Assembly (NCBI GenBank): GCA_030141605.1
Contig: JAQGDQ010000932.1
Location: 1-64,000 of the forward strand
Reading direction: 5' to 3'
Length of the DNA stretch: 64,000 bases
From: Tubiluchus corallicola
Taxonomy: Eukaryota; Animalia; Priapulida
Position 1 is the first letter of the stretch. Each line of letters starts with the position of its first letter. This document shows, piece by piece, positions 51,501-63,019 of the stretch. Made by a program: the position numbers and the translations under genes. The notes below the pieces were generated by a model. It ran no database searches and was not told the DNA's origin. It saw nothing but the letters and a program-made list of their open reading frames with translations.

Positions 51501-54500
51501 GAGATTGAGAGAGAGAGGGGGGAGGGAGGAATTGAGAGAGAGAGAGAGAATGCTTACTACTACTAATAATAGTATTGATATTGATGAGCTTTTTGAAGGT
51601 AAAGATTTGAGTAAAAGTTTTTAAGTGTCATTTCAGAAAAACCAAACACAAAGATCTCACTGTCTGCATCCAGTTTACTGAACAATATCCCAAGGAACAT
51701 CTCGTCGTGGAACTGAAGAGCAAAACACTTCCAGACAAATTTCTGGATGGACTATCTAGGTTGTGTGAGAAGGAAGCTGCTGATAAGCACCTGGGCAGGC
51801 GGCAGGTAAAATCATTATAAACTTTTGTGTTCAACTGAGTACAATGTAGGTAGCAGTGATGATGATGATGATGATGATGATAAAGATGGATGGTGGTTAC
51901 GATGATAAAAATGGTTGGTGATTATGATGATGACTGGATGATAAAGATGGATGTTGATTATGATGATAAAGATGGATGCTGATTATGATGATAAACATGG
52001 ATGGTGATTCTGATAATGATTAAGACAGTAAAGATGGATGATGATGATGATTATGATGAGAAAGGTGGATGGTGTTTACGATGATAAAGATGGATACTGA
52101 TTACGACGATTATTAAGACGATAAAGGTTAATGGTGGTGATGATTATGATGATAAAGATGGATGGTGGTTACGATGATAAAGATGGTTAGTGATTATGAT
52201 GATGATTGGATGATAAAGATGGATGGTGATTATGATGATGATCATGATGGTGATGGGTGTGGTGGATGTGATGATGGTAATGATATTGATGCTGCTGCTG
52301 CTGCTAACGATGATGATGATGATGATGACAATGTGTTGGAGGCAGCTGTAAGGATGGTACACTCAATAAAAATATAAAAAACGAGATACCAGGTATTTTT
52401 GTGTATGTATATGTGTAAGATATGTTTTTGACAAATATAGTTCGAAATCCGCTTGGCTGTGTACGTGAAAATAACGGGTATGGTGGTTTGGAGAACTATG
52501 TATGCCAATTTTCATGCTTCTTTCATTTTTTGCACAAATGTAATTATTTAACTTATTGAAATATTGAAAGGAAACATACTATTTTTTCAAGAATGACTTA
52601 CGTGAAAGAATTATTACCTCACAAACACAATTTCGCGTTCGCGCCACTAGTTCTTCCCTGTTACATGTGTTTCGCCATTCTCTATTTAGACGGGCACTAG
52701 CGCCTGCATTTTGGAAACGTATTGTACAAAAAACAGGTGCTGTACCTCTCAGTTCAGATGTGTTAGTTTATGACGCACATTCGACAGCTGATGTGTGAGC
52801 ACAGCAGTAAATCTGGAATTCGAATTTTTATCTTAAAACTTGTCTAGTTTTAGTACAACACGCTGAATATCTCACAGTAACACTGTACTGCAATTTTCGC
52901 TTTTGCAAACACGTGCTACTCGCTCGTGGAATATTTTTGCTGTTCAAAATTATGTTAGTTTGTGATGTCATAAATAGTTGGATTTGCCTGGCATTAATTA
53001 AGATTTTAATCTAGAACTTGTATATCGGAAACACTTTTGCAGTATTAATTGTGTTAGAATGTATACTTTTTATCGAACTTAAAAATGGGGTAGTATATGA
53101 AAAATCATCCTGTCTTCCTTTAAACAGCAGACTATAGTGTCATATTTGAGTGTGGCTTCTTGTTACAAGTGATTATTATGTAAATAAATAAATATTATTA
53201 TGTAGATAAATAAATAATAAATAAATTTTATTTTATTCGAGCCAATATTGTTGTTGGTTAAAAACTGGATTAGTTGAAGCCCTTGCGGTCACACCTGTGT
53301 TCTCTACTGTTACACCTTTATCGTATGCAAACTAGCGTTTTTAGTCATGTATATGCAGTCATACCTCGGTTTTCGACCATAATTCATTCCTAAAAAGTGT
53401 TTGAAAACCGATTTGGTTGAGAACCGAATCATTTATTCCCATAAGAAATAATTTAAAAGCAAATAATCCGTTCTCAAGCACCAAATGAACTGTAAAGTAT
53501 TATTAAAACGAAATATAATAATGCAACGATGTTTATTCAAACAGTAGATGTGATATTATTGATAAGAAAAACATAATAGAATTCCTTAGAAAGAAAAACA
53601 TAATTATTCCTGCATGAAAAAACCTTACGTGTTGGTAGCAATGTGATGGTATACGTAAGCAAGAGCAGAAACACGTGTGTGACTACTCTCGGGCGTGGTT
53701 GGGTACGCTCGGCTCTACTCGGCTCGCTGCGCATGCTTGGCAGTTGGTCGAGTACCGAAATTCTAATCGAGACAATTTCAACTCGAAGTTTGTGGTCGAA
53801 AACTGATTTGTGCGAGTACTGAGACGTTCAAAAATCGAGGTATGACTGTATATGTAATATAGCGTATGTATAATGTACTAAGGTATGACTCTATATGTAG
53901 CATAATATAATGTACAGCATGCAAAAGTAAATATATATATTTGCTAAAATTCAAAGTTGTTTATATTAATATACAGTTATACTGTAGCAAAATAGGTAAA
54001 CAGTAAGTTTATATGCATCTTTATAGCTTACTACTATTCATTTTATTATGTTTTTTTAGGGGCGTATTCAATTCTAAATATTAAACATTTTTCTTTTTAA
54101 AATTTTTGCACTATTTCATTTAATTTTTATACTATATTACACTAATTATTTCTATGCACTGTACAACTACAATATACTATAAAGTTTAACATTAGAATAA
54201 TGGCAACCTGTAGAGGACTGTATAGACGTATGTTTCCCTCGCATTTGGCATTTTTTGTTGCATCTTGATGTAATACCGATACTGTACTGTCCATGTGTGC
54301 GAAATGAAATGATTCTTGTTCCTATTCTTGGTACTCTATGACTCTATGCTTTCAGGTTTTGCTCGCAATTAAATTCATACGGAATTTCATCGAAGAAAAT
54401 CCGCTGTGCGTCTGCAGCGGAGAGATTAGCCGTTTAAAAAAGTTGCTGACCGACACGGACGAGTGTAAATTAAAGCAAAAATCGGGAACGGTCATTCTCA

Positions 54501-57500
54501 AGTTATTTCAAGGTGCTTACTGCTTAGACGTGCGGATAGGAATACCGGACGACTATCCGCTAGAACCTATAGGGTGAGTAATGAGGACGAGATTAACAGC
54601 TGCGAAGCAATAATCTTGGTTGAACTCATAACCAGGACGGCTTGAGTACGTTGACAGGTGTGGTAGGACCAGAACGTAGGTAATTCTTAAGAAAGTCTTC
54701 AGCAGTGCAATCGTTATGCAGATGGCCGTCGACTTGAGACCACAGTTTCGCTTATAAAACGACTTAGTTGGAACCGCATGGTCAAGCGTGCGCCCTCTAC
54801 ACGGGGAAGACATTGTGTTTACCACGTATTAAGTGTGGTGCCACCTATGATTAATTTATCAAAACATATAGTGATTTAAAGTTATTTTGTTTGAAAAAAT
54901 AGAAATAAAATACTATTAATAGTTGGTTTTGTATAATGAACTAATTAGGTTGTGCTCGGGTCGCAAAGTCAGAGACTTGCAAGTCACATAGGTCGTGAGT
55001 CATCAGATACCCGTACATCATATCTTGAGTGAGCAATTGGCCCATTGGCAAATTCTGCGATGCTGATGCGGCTCAGCTACAATTGTCTGTGTAGTACAGT
55101 CGACCCTCGTTAAACCGGACCCCGTTAGCCCGGATATCGGATAAGACGCACGTCATCCGTGGTAAAGGAAACTGACCGGTTTCCGACCGAGCCGGAGCGC
55201 TAAACACAACACGGCCTGCCAACTCACCACGAGCCATTGACGGGCCGAACCGGCTCGAGGTACCGCCCAGGCTGCTACGATTCTCGCCAAAATTCAGTTT
55301 GCTTACCCCATCGAAAGCACTCGCTAATTTCTTTATCCTCACAGATTAACTATTTTAAAGTAATATACAGTATAGTATATAGTGCACTGTATATAGGCCT
55401 TATTAAGGTGATTATTCCTGTATAATATAGACTATATATAGCATATCAGATGAATCGGACAATCAGCTAAACCGGACCACCCACCCACCCCCCAATTAGT
55501 CTGGTTTAATGAGGGTTGACTGTAGTTAGAACCGGACACTAAATCACCTGTCTATGACACACTGATAAGGTGCACAAGCTGGCAGCCAAATGTGAGAACT
55601 TTAACGTTCAATTCAAGCCTTCAATTCAAATAAGCCTTTTCGCAGTTTCGTTGCTGTAGGTCAAAGGTTAAGCAGTAAACGTACGGTCAAAGGTTAAGCG
55701 GTCAAAGGTAGGAGGGTAAGGTACCACAAACTCAACTACAACCATCACATTATGGGGGTAAAGCGAAGCCATCTGTCGCATCAGTTCGGTAACTTCAGTT
55801 GCTTTACGTGGACTTTATTTAATTATGCATTAGTCTGTGTGTAGAGTGATTTACTAGCAGGATCTTGGTTTTGGAATAAGAAGCAATGGACTCTAAGGTT
55901 CTAGCTAACTGTTAAAACTGTTACTATTACAATAACATGGGCTGCGAGACGTTGTCAAGTGTACACAAATGCATTGTCTGGATCACTTAACGTTTGACCT
56001 TTTCATGATCGTCATAAATCGCAGGAAGTGTGAAAAGGCTTATAGACGTTAAACATGTTTGATTTGATTTGAATTCTTCTTCTCAATTTGATAGACAATC
56101 CTTAAAAAATCACTTTGCGGCCTCGTGAATCCCATTTGGCTAGCCGATGGTCATGTTATGTCTACTTACTTGCTGTACTCTGCATTAAAGGAAGACCGGA
56201 CGATTGTTTAGACTCAATCTCATTTTAATTTACTGTATAAAATATATATTTTCTTACCTATAAAAGTTAACAATCGTTTCTTGTATTTGAATAATTAGCT
56301 AAGGAAGTTAATTAACGGCAACCGAACACAGCTATTGCTTACATCCGAAACTAACTACAGTTTGTGCAATGGTGGGCATCTTCCCTTGCGCATCAAACAC
56401 ATTTGCATAAGTGTTGCAGTATTGCTTAAATGCATGATGTCACGAAAATGGGCTTTACATCATACGACATCGCGAAACTAACGCAGCAGTTCATGATCAT
56501 GCTTATCACGGTACCGCCTTCTATTTGTCGGCCGCGCCCCACATGTGACAAAATGTTGCCAATCTTAGTAGCTTCACTGAGCCGCGCCTAGCTTTGAAAG
56601 TCTAACAAAATTTGAGTATCCGAGATAATTATTATTTAATCTTAGCTTTGATTTAAAATAAGCTATTGTAGTTTTCAATATTTTAGAGCATTCTTTATTG
56701 TGAACTCGTGTTTACACAGTCATCCGGTTTTCCATTAAGGATACTAATGACTCGGCTGCAGTCACTAAAGTCACTAAATGTTACTAATGTCACTAATGTT
56801 ACTAATGTATGTCACTAAATGTTACTAATGCGTGTCACTAAATTTTACTAATGTCACTAAATTTTACTAATGTCACTAAATGTTACTATTGTCACTAATG
56901 TCACTAAATGTTACTAATGTCACTAATGTTACTAATGTCACTGAAGTGAGCTGCATAAGCATCGGAATGCCAACTAAATTCTGTCTTTGTTTTACAGCAT
57001 TGAATTCAAATCTTGTAATTTTCCGAACATGTTTGAACGGATGTTTAATGCGAATGCCGCAGAAATATCTCGACAGTGCATCGAGCCTCCACTGAGAAAG
57101 AAGCCAAAGTAAGTACGCGAGAGACTTTACCATTACTATTATTATTATTATTATTTCTGTTATTATTATTGTTATTATTATTTTTTATTTTATTTATATG
57201 GTAGGAGAATTAGATTATAGATGGTTTAGTATTTTTGTGTTTGTTTGTAATTAGTACATATAATTTGTGTGTGCGATTGTATGTGTGACATAAAAAGTTA
57301 AATTCAAAATTAAAATTCTGATATAATTTTTTTCGCTTTGGTAATTTCGCTTTTTATAATAATCATTTATATAATTACCAAAGCGAAAAGAATTATATCA
57401 GAATTTGAATTTTGAATTTAACTTTATTTCACGCTCACTGTTTACAGTATTATACATACAATCATACACAAATACCATTTACAAACAAACACTAAAATGT

Positions 57501-59052
57501 TAAACAATCTATAACCTAATTCTCTTAAATTAGCTAAACACACATTGAATTGAATTTTTGAATTTTGAAATTTGAATTTTTTGTTTAAAACGCGCCGAGT
57601 TTTAGTACAACACACTAAATATCGTACAGTAGCACTGTACTTCAGTTTTCGCTTTCGCAAACACGTGCGACACGCTCGCGGAATATTTTTGCTCTTGAAA
57701 ATCACGTTAGTTTGTGATGTAATCATTAATTGGGCTTGCCCGCCGTTAATTAAGTTTTTAGTCTATTATCTGATTATCGGAAACGCTTTTCCAGTATTAA
57801 TTGCGTTGAAATGTATACGGATGTGGGTGAATTTGAATGCTACACCAATTAAGAATTTTTTTGAATTTTTAATTCAACTTTTTATCCTACATTCAAGGTG
57901 TATTGTATAATCACATACAATCACGTAGTATATACATATAATCGCACACAAATTACAAGTACTCTTTACAAACAAACACAAAATACTAAACCATCTATAA
58001 CCTAATTCTTCTACCATATAAATAAAATAAAAAATAATAATCATGTATATAAGATTGATCGCTATTTAGCATGTATACTTGACGTGTACCTAATATCACT
58101 GTTACACAGCTGGTTCACAATAGCGTTACTACTGTTTATTATCCTGATATACAAGCTAAACACACATTTACTTACATACAGGCTAAACACACTTTCTTAC
58201 ATACAGGCTAAACACACTATTACTTACATACAGGCTAGACACACATTTACTTACATACAGGCTAGACACACATTTACTTACATACAGGCTAAACACACAT
58301 TTACTTACATACAGGCTAAACACACATTTACTTACATACAGGCTAAACACACATTTACTTACATACAGGCTAGACATACATTTACTTACATACAGGCCCG
58401 TGGCAATTGTTAGTATATGTAGTTTGTACTAGAGAGAAAAGAAATATATAAGAAAGTGAAAAAGGAAAAGGTAAGGTAGGTCAGCAAGAATAGGACAGCA
58501 TTAAAAAAAAGTAGTTTGGAGAAAGAGGGTCATGGGAGCAGGTTCACACATCATAGCTTTAGTTTTTTGAGAGGTGATTTTATTTCATTTTTGTAAAAGT
58601 GTAATTAGTAATTATAAATGGTTGTGCTAATGGAGAGAATTTTTTATACTTATATTTATAATATTTTGCAAGCATGTTATGAAGGAGTCATTTTATATAC
58701 AAGAACATTTTAAACAGTGATGCAAACTTTCCTTCTGTAATTAGACGTCATTGGCGTATTTGTTATATCGTTAATTGTTTTTTTTGTTGTGTGTCATGAG
58801 TTATTGTATTATTTGTATTAATTTTTGATGTGTATATGAACTTTGTGAAGTTTGAAATAAAATATTAAATCTAAATCTAAATTATCTTTAATATGCAATA
58901 TTATTCTTTTGTGTGCTTGCAGAGACTTGCCGTTTGAACCGAAACCATCACTCTATCCCGTTGCTGAATATTTGATCCGGGATTGTGTCAAGTATTGTCC
59001 CGTACAGATCTGCGCACTGTGCAAGCAAAAGTGCTTCCCGGATGATCCAAAA
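45331..59052 (+). CDS. Conserved uncharacterised protein with RWD/UBC-like folds and a C-terminal Cys motif (partial; 3' exons not in window)
   Basis: Exons: 45331-45343 (putative, MAAI), 49164-49278 (RDRFIDDELAEVREKC..CVPAMVRVRI), 51637-51805 (KTKHKDLTVCIQFTEQYPKEHLVVELKSKTL..HLGRRQ), 54356-54573 (VLLAIKFIRNFIEENPLCVC..IPDDYPLEPI), 56998-57108 (NFPNMFERMF..EISRQCIEPPLRKKPK), 58923-59052 (PFEPKPSLYPVAEYLI..CALCKQKCFPDDPK). All are GT-AG with consistent phases. Two FxxxYP/PDDYP motifs are typical of RWD/UBC-like domains. Confidence 0.85.
45941..46662 (+). mobile_element. hAT-like MITE
   Basis: TIR CAGGGATGTTACC / GGTAACATCCTTG. 8-bp TSD CTAATAGC / CTAACAGC. Confidence 0.85.
47005..47644 (+). 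mobile_element. hAT-like MITE, mosaic (ends as in 48440-48938, interior related to 45941-46662)
   Basis: TIR CAGGGACGAGAA / TTCTCATCCCTG. ~47115-47450 resembles the reverse complement of ~46240-46600. Confidence 0.7.
47770..48010. repeat. Dispersed repeat shared with ~32570-32810
   Basis: TTTCCCATATTTCTC.TGG.AAATGCAAAAACAAAGTGAAAGT..TTAAATTTGCGGA occurs at both loci. Confidence 0.75.
48440..48938 (+). mobile_element. hAT-like MITE
   Basis: TIR CAGGGATGAGAA / TTCTCATCCCTG. Perfect 8-bp TSD GGCTAAAG (48432-48439 / 48939-48946). Confidence 0.9.
49905..50105. repeat. (CA)n/(CATG) alternating purine-pyrimidine tract
   Basis: Direct reading. Confidence 0.9.
51856..52330. repeat. Degenerate (GAT)n repeat
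   Basis: Direct reading. Confidence 0.9.
53356..53848. mobile_element. Tc1/mariner-pogo (Tigger-like) MITE
   Basis: TIR CAGTCATACCTCG.TTTT / AAAATCGAGGTATGACTG. Flanks are TG (left) and TA (right). Confidence 0.85.
55097..55522. mobile_element. Tc1/mariner-pogo (Tigger-like) MITE
   Basis: TIR CAGTCGACCCTCGTTAAACCGGAC / GTCTGGTTTAATGAGGGTTGACTG. TA TSD. Confidence 0.85.
55631..56042. mobile_element. MITE with TAAGCCTTTTC.CA / TGTGAAAAGGCTTA ends
   Basis: Terminal inverted repeats read directly. Confidence 0.6.
56760..56943. repeat. (GTCACTAAAT/GTTACTAAT)n 9-10 bp tandem repeat
   Basis: Direct reading. Confidence 0.9.
57180..58040. repeat. Fold-back (long inverted repeat) structure
   Basis: 57291-57346 pairs with 57373-57428 (26-nt loop). 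57200-57290 is inversely similar to 57440-57530. 57181-57250 is inversely similar to 57965-58035. Confidence 0.8.
58150..58397. repeat. 27-bp minisatellite (ACATACAGGCTA.ACACACATTTACTT)n
   Basis: About 9 units. Confidence 0.95.
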
Positions 59053-59182
59053 GTGAGTAGAAAGCTTTACAAAAACCTGGCTTCTTGATCCGAGTTGCCT
59101 TAATCTAAGTAGAACAACAATATTTGTATAAATGCACCCCAGCAGACTCGGTTATAAAATCTGAAAAAAAATTGCACTTCCA

Positions 59183-59250
59183 CTTGGTGTTCGAACCCAG
59201 GGCCTTCTGCTATCCAGGCAGCTCTGCTAACCGCTACACCACAGGGGTAC
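59183..59250 (-). pseudogene. tRNA-like sequence (SINE head or tRNA pseudogene)
   Basis: The reverse strand reads CCCCTGTGGTGTAGCGGTTAGCAGAGCTGCCTGGATAGCAGAAGGCCCTGGGTTCGAACACC, with A box, anticodon-like stem and B box. The acceptor stem does not pair well. Confidence 0.6.
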
Positions 59251-61149
59251 TCGGGGCCTGAATTTTTCGTTTTATTTTGCCAGAATCTGAGCAGATTCTA
59301 GGCCATCACTTTCCAGTGAGTTAAGAATTGAAATATGTCGAATTATGGTTATTGAAACAGTAAAGATTGAATTTTACTGAAAGTGATTTATTATGAGAAT
59401 TAATCACTATCAGTGCCGATGTCTTTTTCAAAATGAGACCTAAGATCTCAGAACAGTTTAGTTTACTTGCCTTTATCCAGATGCTTATAATATACACTAG
59501 TTGCCGCTTAATAGACTCACAGTTAATAGAATCAATCGCTTAATTAACTCAAAAACATCTGGAACTGGCAGCTTCTGTTCAGATATACATAAAAACTTTC
59601 GGTTATTGACTCAAATAACTCTGCATAATTGACTCAATATTTTTCTTTCGCAAGACACTTTTGTGTGACTAATAAGCTTTAATGACTTTCGTATCATTTT
59701 AATTTGGTTTTTTTTCTTATAATATACGTAGAAACAATCATGTTAAGTACCGTTTTGTTTGTAAGCAGGAACGTTCATCATAAGCTAATACGCTAGCCTA
59801 ATGGTTTCTTTGACCCGCCTGTCCACTGCAATTAGCCTCGTTACCCAAGAATTTCTGGACGCTAAACATTTAATCTCTTGTCTAGTGGTTTCCTTTTGAA
59901 GCTCTCGTTGCAAATCACGTTTTCAAACTTAATCAGTTACAACCAAAGATGCAGGTACAGTAATCAGCCAGTATTCCTTCATCCAGTAATCAGCCAATAA
60001 AAATGAAGTAGTCCACTTTGAAGGATTTTTTGTAATTTTTGCAAATAAACAGACGTGTAATTTAGAAAAGTATACTTTTTAATTTATAGCTAGTTCACTT
60101 ATACAAATTAATATTTCAAACTTGTATACTTGTATACCAGTAATACTACACCCATCGGTTAATAGGTTTTATATAAATTTAAGTGTACTGACATTAAATG
60201 CATTTTACTTCAATTCCAACAGCATTTTCTTAAGGAACAGTACTTTTCTTGGGAGGGAGAATCAATACTAAACTGGTGGAAAGGAATGATAGCAAAGTTA
60301 GAAGTGCAATACTCGCCCCTTCACCAACCCATGCTGTGTCGCTTTTGAAGCTCTAGCTGTCTTTGCCAGAAAGTTTGATCAGTTAGCTGTTGTTATTATG
60401 CCAGGACTGCAGGAACAGTGTAGTAAGTACGTCACAATTATAGCAAGCTGGAGCTTAGGCGAAACTACAGAGGAAGCTCCTCGCGGGTAAACACGTGCAC
60501 CACCAACAGCTTAAGCACGCCAAACACTAAATATTTTATGAGAATTTGTGTATCATACAACAACAGATTTTCAACGTTTTTATCATTATGAGACCTTTGT
60601 GAGCCAACTTCTTCGTGATAAAATGGGGCAGACGATTTTGAAGGAATTTTTGTGAATTTTCCAAATAAACAGACTGATCTGATTTAGAAAAGTATACTTT
60701 TTAATTTATTGCTAATTCACTTACATAAACTTATATTTTAAAATGTATTTTTTTTAATTTTTAACTGCACATCACAAGTTAGAAGAGTTAGCATCGAAAA
60801 TAAACGGCATTTGACCCCTGTGACAATACCATAACCTAGTGCAGGCATCTTTCCAACATAACTGTTTTCGTCATTTAATTAGACCGGTTCATTGTTATTG
60901 CTGAAAAGTGTCTTGTTGGCATAACTAACAGCTACAACAACGTAATTTGAATAAGTACATTAAGTGTACAAATGCTTTATCTATTAACTGTTGACCATTA
61001 TCTAGGCAAATATTATAGTTATTGACTAAAGCTAAAACAGAACAATTAGCATGAATGGTGGACAAAGCACTTATCACAGACACATGCAAACAATTACAAA
61101 CACGAAAAAACATCAGGTGTGACCTGGTTTCGTTCGCATCACACCTGCG

Positions 61150-62797
61150 TAAAGCGACATCTGTTGGCAGAAGACTTTCAGGTTCACAAAGTTAGAATGC
61201 TTTTATGACATTAACAGAGAATTGATGGGCATCGACTGCATAAAGCGACACCTGTTGGCAGAAGACAGATATGACAAAGGGACACTGAGTTTGTTAGAGT
61301 TTTATGACACTAACAGAGAATTGATGGGCGTCGACTGCATAAAGCGACACCTGTTGGCAGAAGACATCCAAATATGACAAAGGGACACTGAATTTGTTAG
61401 AGAGTTTTTATGACACTAACAGAGAATTGATGGGCGTCGACTGCATAAAGCGACATCTGTTGGCAGAAGACTTTCAGATTCTCAAAGTTAGAATGTTTTA
61501 ACGGCATTAACAGAGAATTGATGGGCGTTGACTGCATAAAGCGACATCTGATGGCAGAAGACATCCAAATTTGACAAAGGGACACTGAGTTTGCTAGAGA
61601 GTTTTTATGACATTAACAGAGAATTGATGGGCGTTGACTGCATAAAGCGACATCTGATGGCAGAAGACATCCAAATTTGACAAAGGGACACTGAGTTTGC
61701 TAGAGAGTTTTTATGACATTAACAGAGAATTGATGGGCGTTGACTGCATAAAGCGACATCTGATGGCAGAAGACATCCAAATTTGACAAAGGGACACTGA
61801 GTTTGCTAGAGAGTTTTTATGACATTAACAGAGAATTGATGGGCGTCGACTGCATAAAGCGACATCTGTTGGCAGAAGACATCCATATTTGAAAAAAGGG
61901 ACACTGAGTTTGCTAGAGAGTTTTTATGACACTAACAGAGAATTGATGGGCGTCGACTGCATAAAGCGACATCTGTTGGCAGAAGACTTTCAGATTCTCA
62001 AAGTTAGAATGTTTTAACGGCATTAACAGAGAATTGATGGGCGTCGACTGCATAAAGCGACATCTGTTGGCAGAAGACATCCATATTTGAAAAAAGGGAC
62101 ACTGAATTTGCTAGAGAGTTTTTATGACATTAACAGAGAATTGATGGGCGTTGACTGCATAAAGCGACATCTGATGGCAGAAGACATCCAAATTTGACAA
62201 AGGGACACTGAGTTTGCTAGAGAGTTTTTATGACATTAACAGAGAATTGATGGGCGTCGACTGCATAAAGCGACATCTGTTGGCAGAAGACATCCATATT
62301 TGAAAAAAGGGACACTGAGTTTGCTAGAGAGTTTTTATGACACTAACAGAGAATTGATGGGCGTCGACTGCATAAAGCGACATCTGTTGGCAGAAGACTT
62401 TCAGATTCTCAAAGTTAGAATGTTTTAACGGCATTAACAGACAATTGATGGGCGTCGACTGCATAAAGCGACATCTGTTGGCAGAAGACATCCATATTTG
62501 AAAAAAGGGACACTGAATTTGCTAGAGAGTTTTTATGACATTAACAGAGAATTGATGGGCGTCGACTACATAAAGCGACACCTGTTGGCAGAAGACATCC
62601 ATATTTGAAAAAAGGGACACTGAATTTGCTAGAGAGTTTTTATGACATTAACAGAGAATTGATGGGCGTCGACTGCATAAAGCGACATCTGTTGGCAGAA
62701 GACATCCATATTTGAAAAAAGGGACACTGAATTTGCTAGAGAGTTTTTATGACATTAACAGAGAATTGATGGGCGTCGACTGCATAAAGCGACATCT
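61150..62797. repeat. Satellite of two monomer types (~95 and ~89 bp) sharing a ~55-bp core
   Basis: Core TAACAGAGAATTGATGGGCGTCGACTGCATAAAGCGACATCTGTTGGCAGAAGAC is followed by either ATCCA.ATTTGA.AAAGGGACACTGA.. or TTTCAGATTCTCAAAGTTAGAATG..; about 17 units. Confidence 0.95.
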
Positions 62798-62817
62798 TAT
62801 TGCACTTCAGTTCTTAT

Positions 62818-62965
62818 TGTTTATCGAAATCGTATCGCAAATCCTTATCGTTTATCGAAATCGTATCGCAAATCCTTATCGTTTATCGAAATCGTATCGC
62901 AAATCCTTATCGTTTATCGAAATTGTATCGCACGTCTTTATCGTTTATCGAAATTGTATCGCAAT
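62818..62965. repeat. 31-bp tandem repeat (TTTATCGAAATCGTATCGCAAATCCTTATCG)n just upstream of the GPCR
   Basis: About 5 units. Confidence 0.9.
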
Positions 62966-63019
62966 TCTTGTATCAATTCTTATTGCTACTAGAAACGTTT
63001 AAAACAAGATTCCTTAAAG

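Noticed and set aside
59183-59250. Functional tRNA gene
   Set aside because: The acceptor stem does not pair; only the A and B boxes and partial arms remain.
61150-62797. CRISPR-like constant repeat with intervening segments
   Set aside because: There are only two recurring 'spacer' types, no cas genes, and the context is a eukaryotic intron. It is a satellite.
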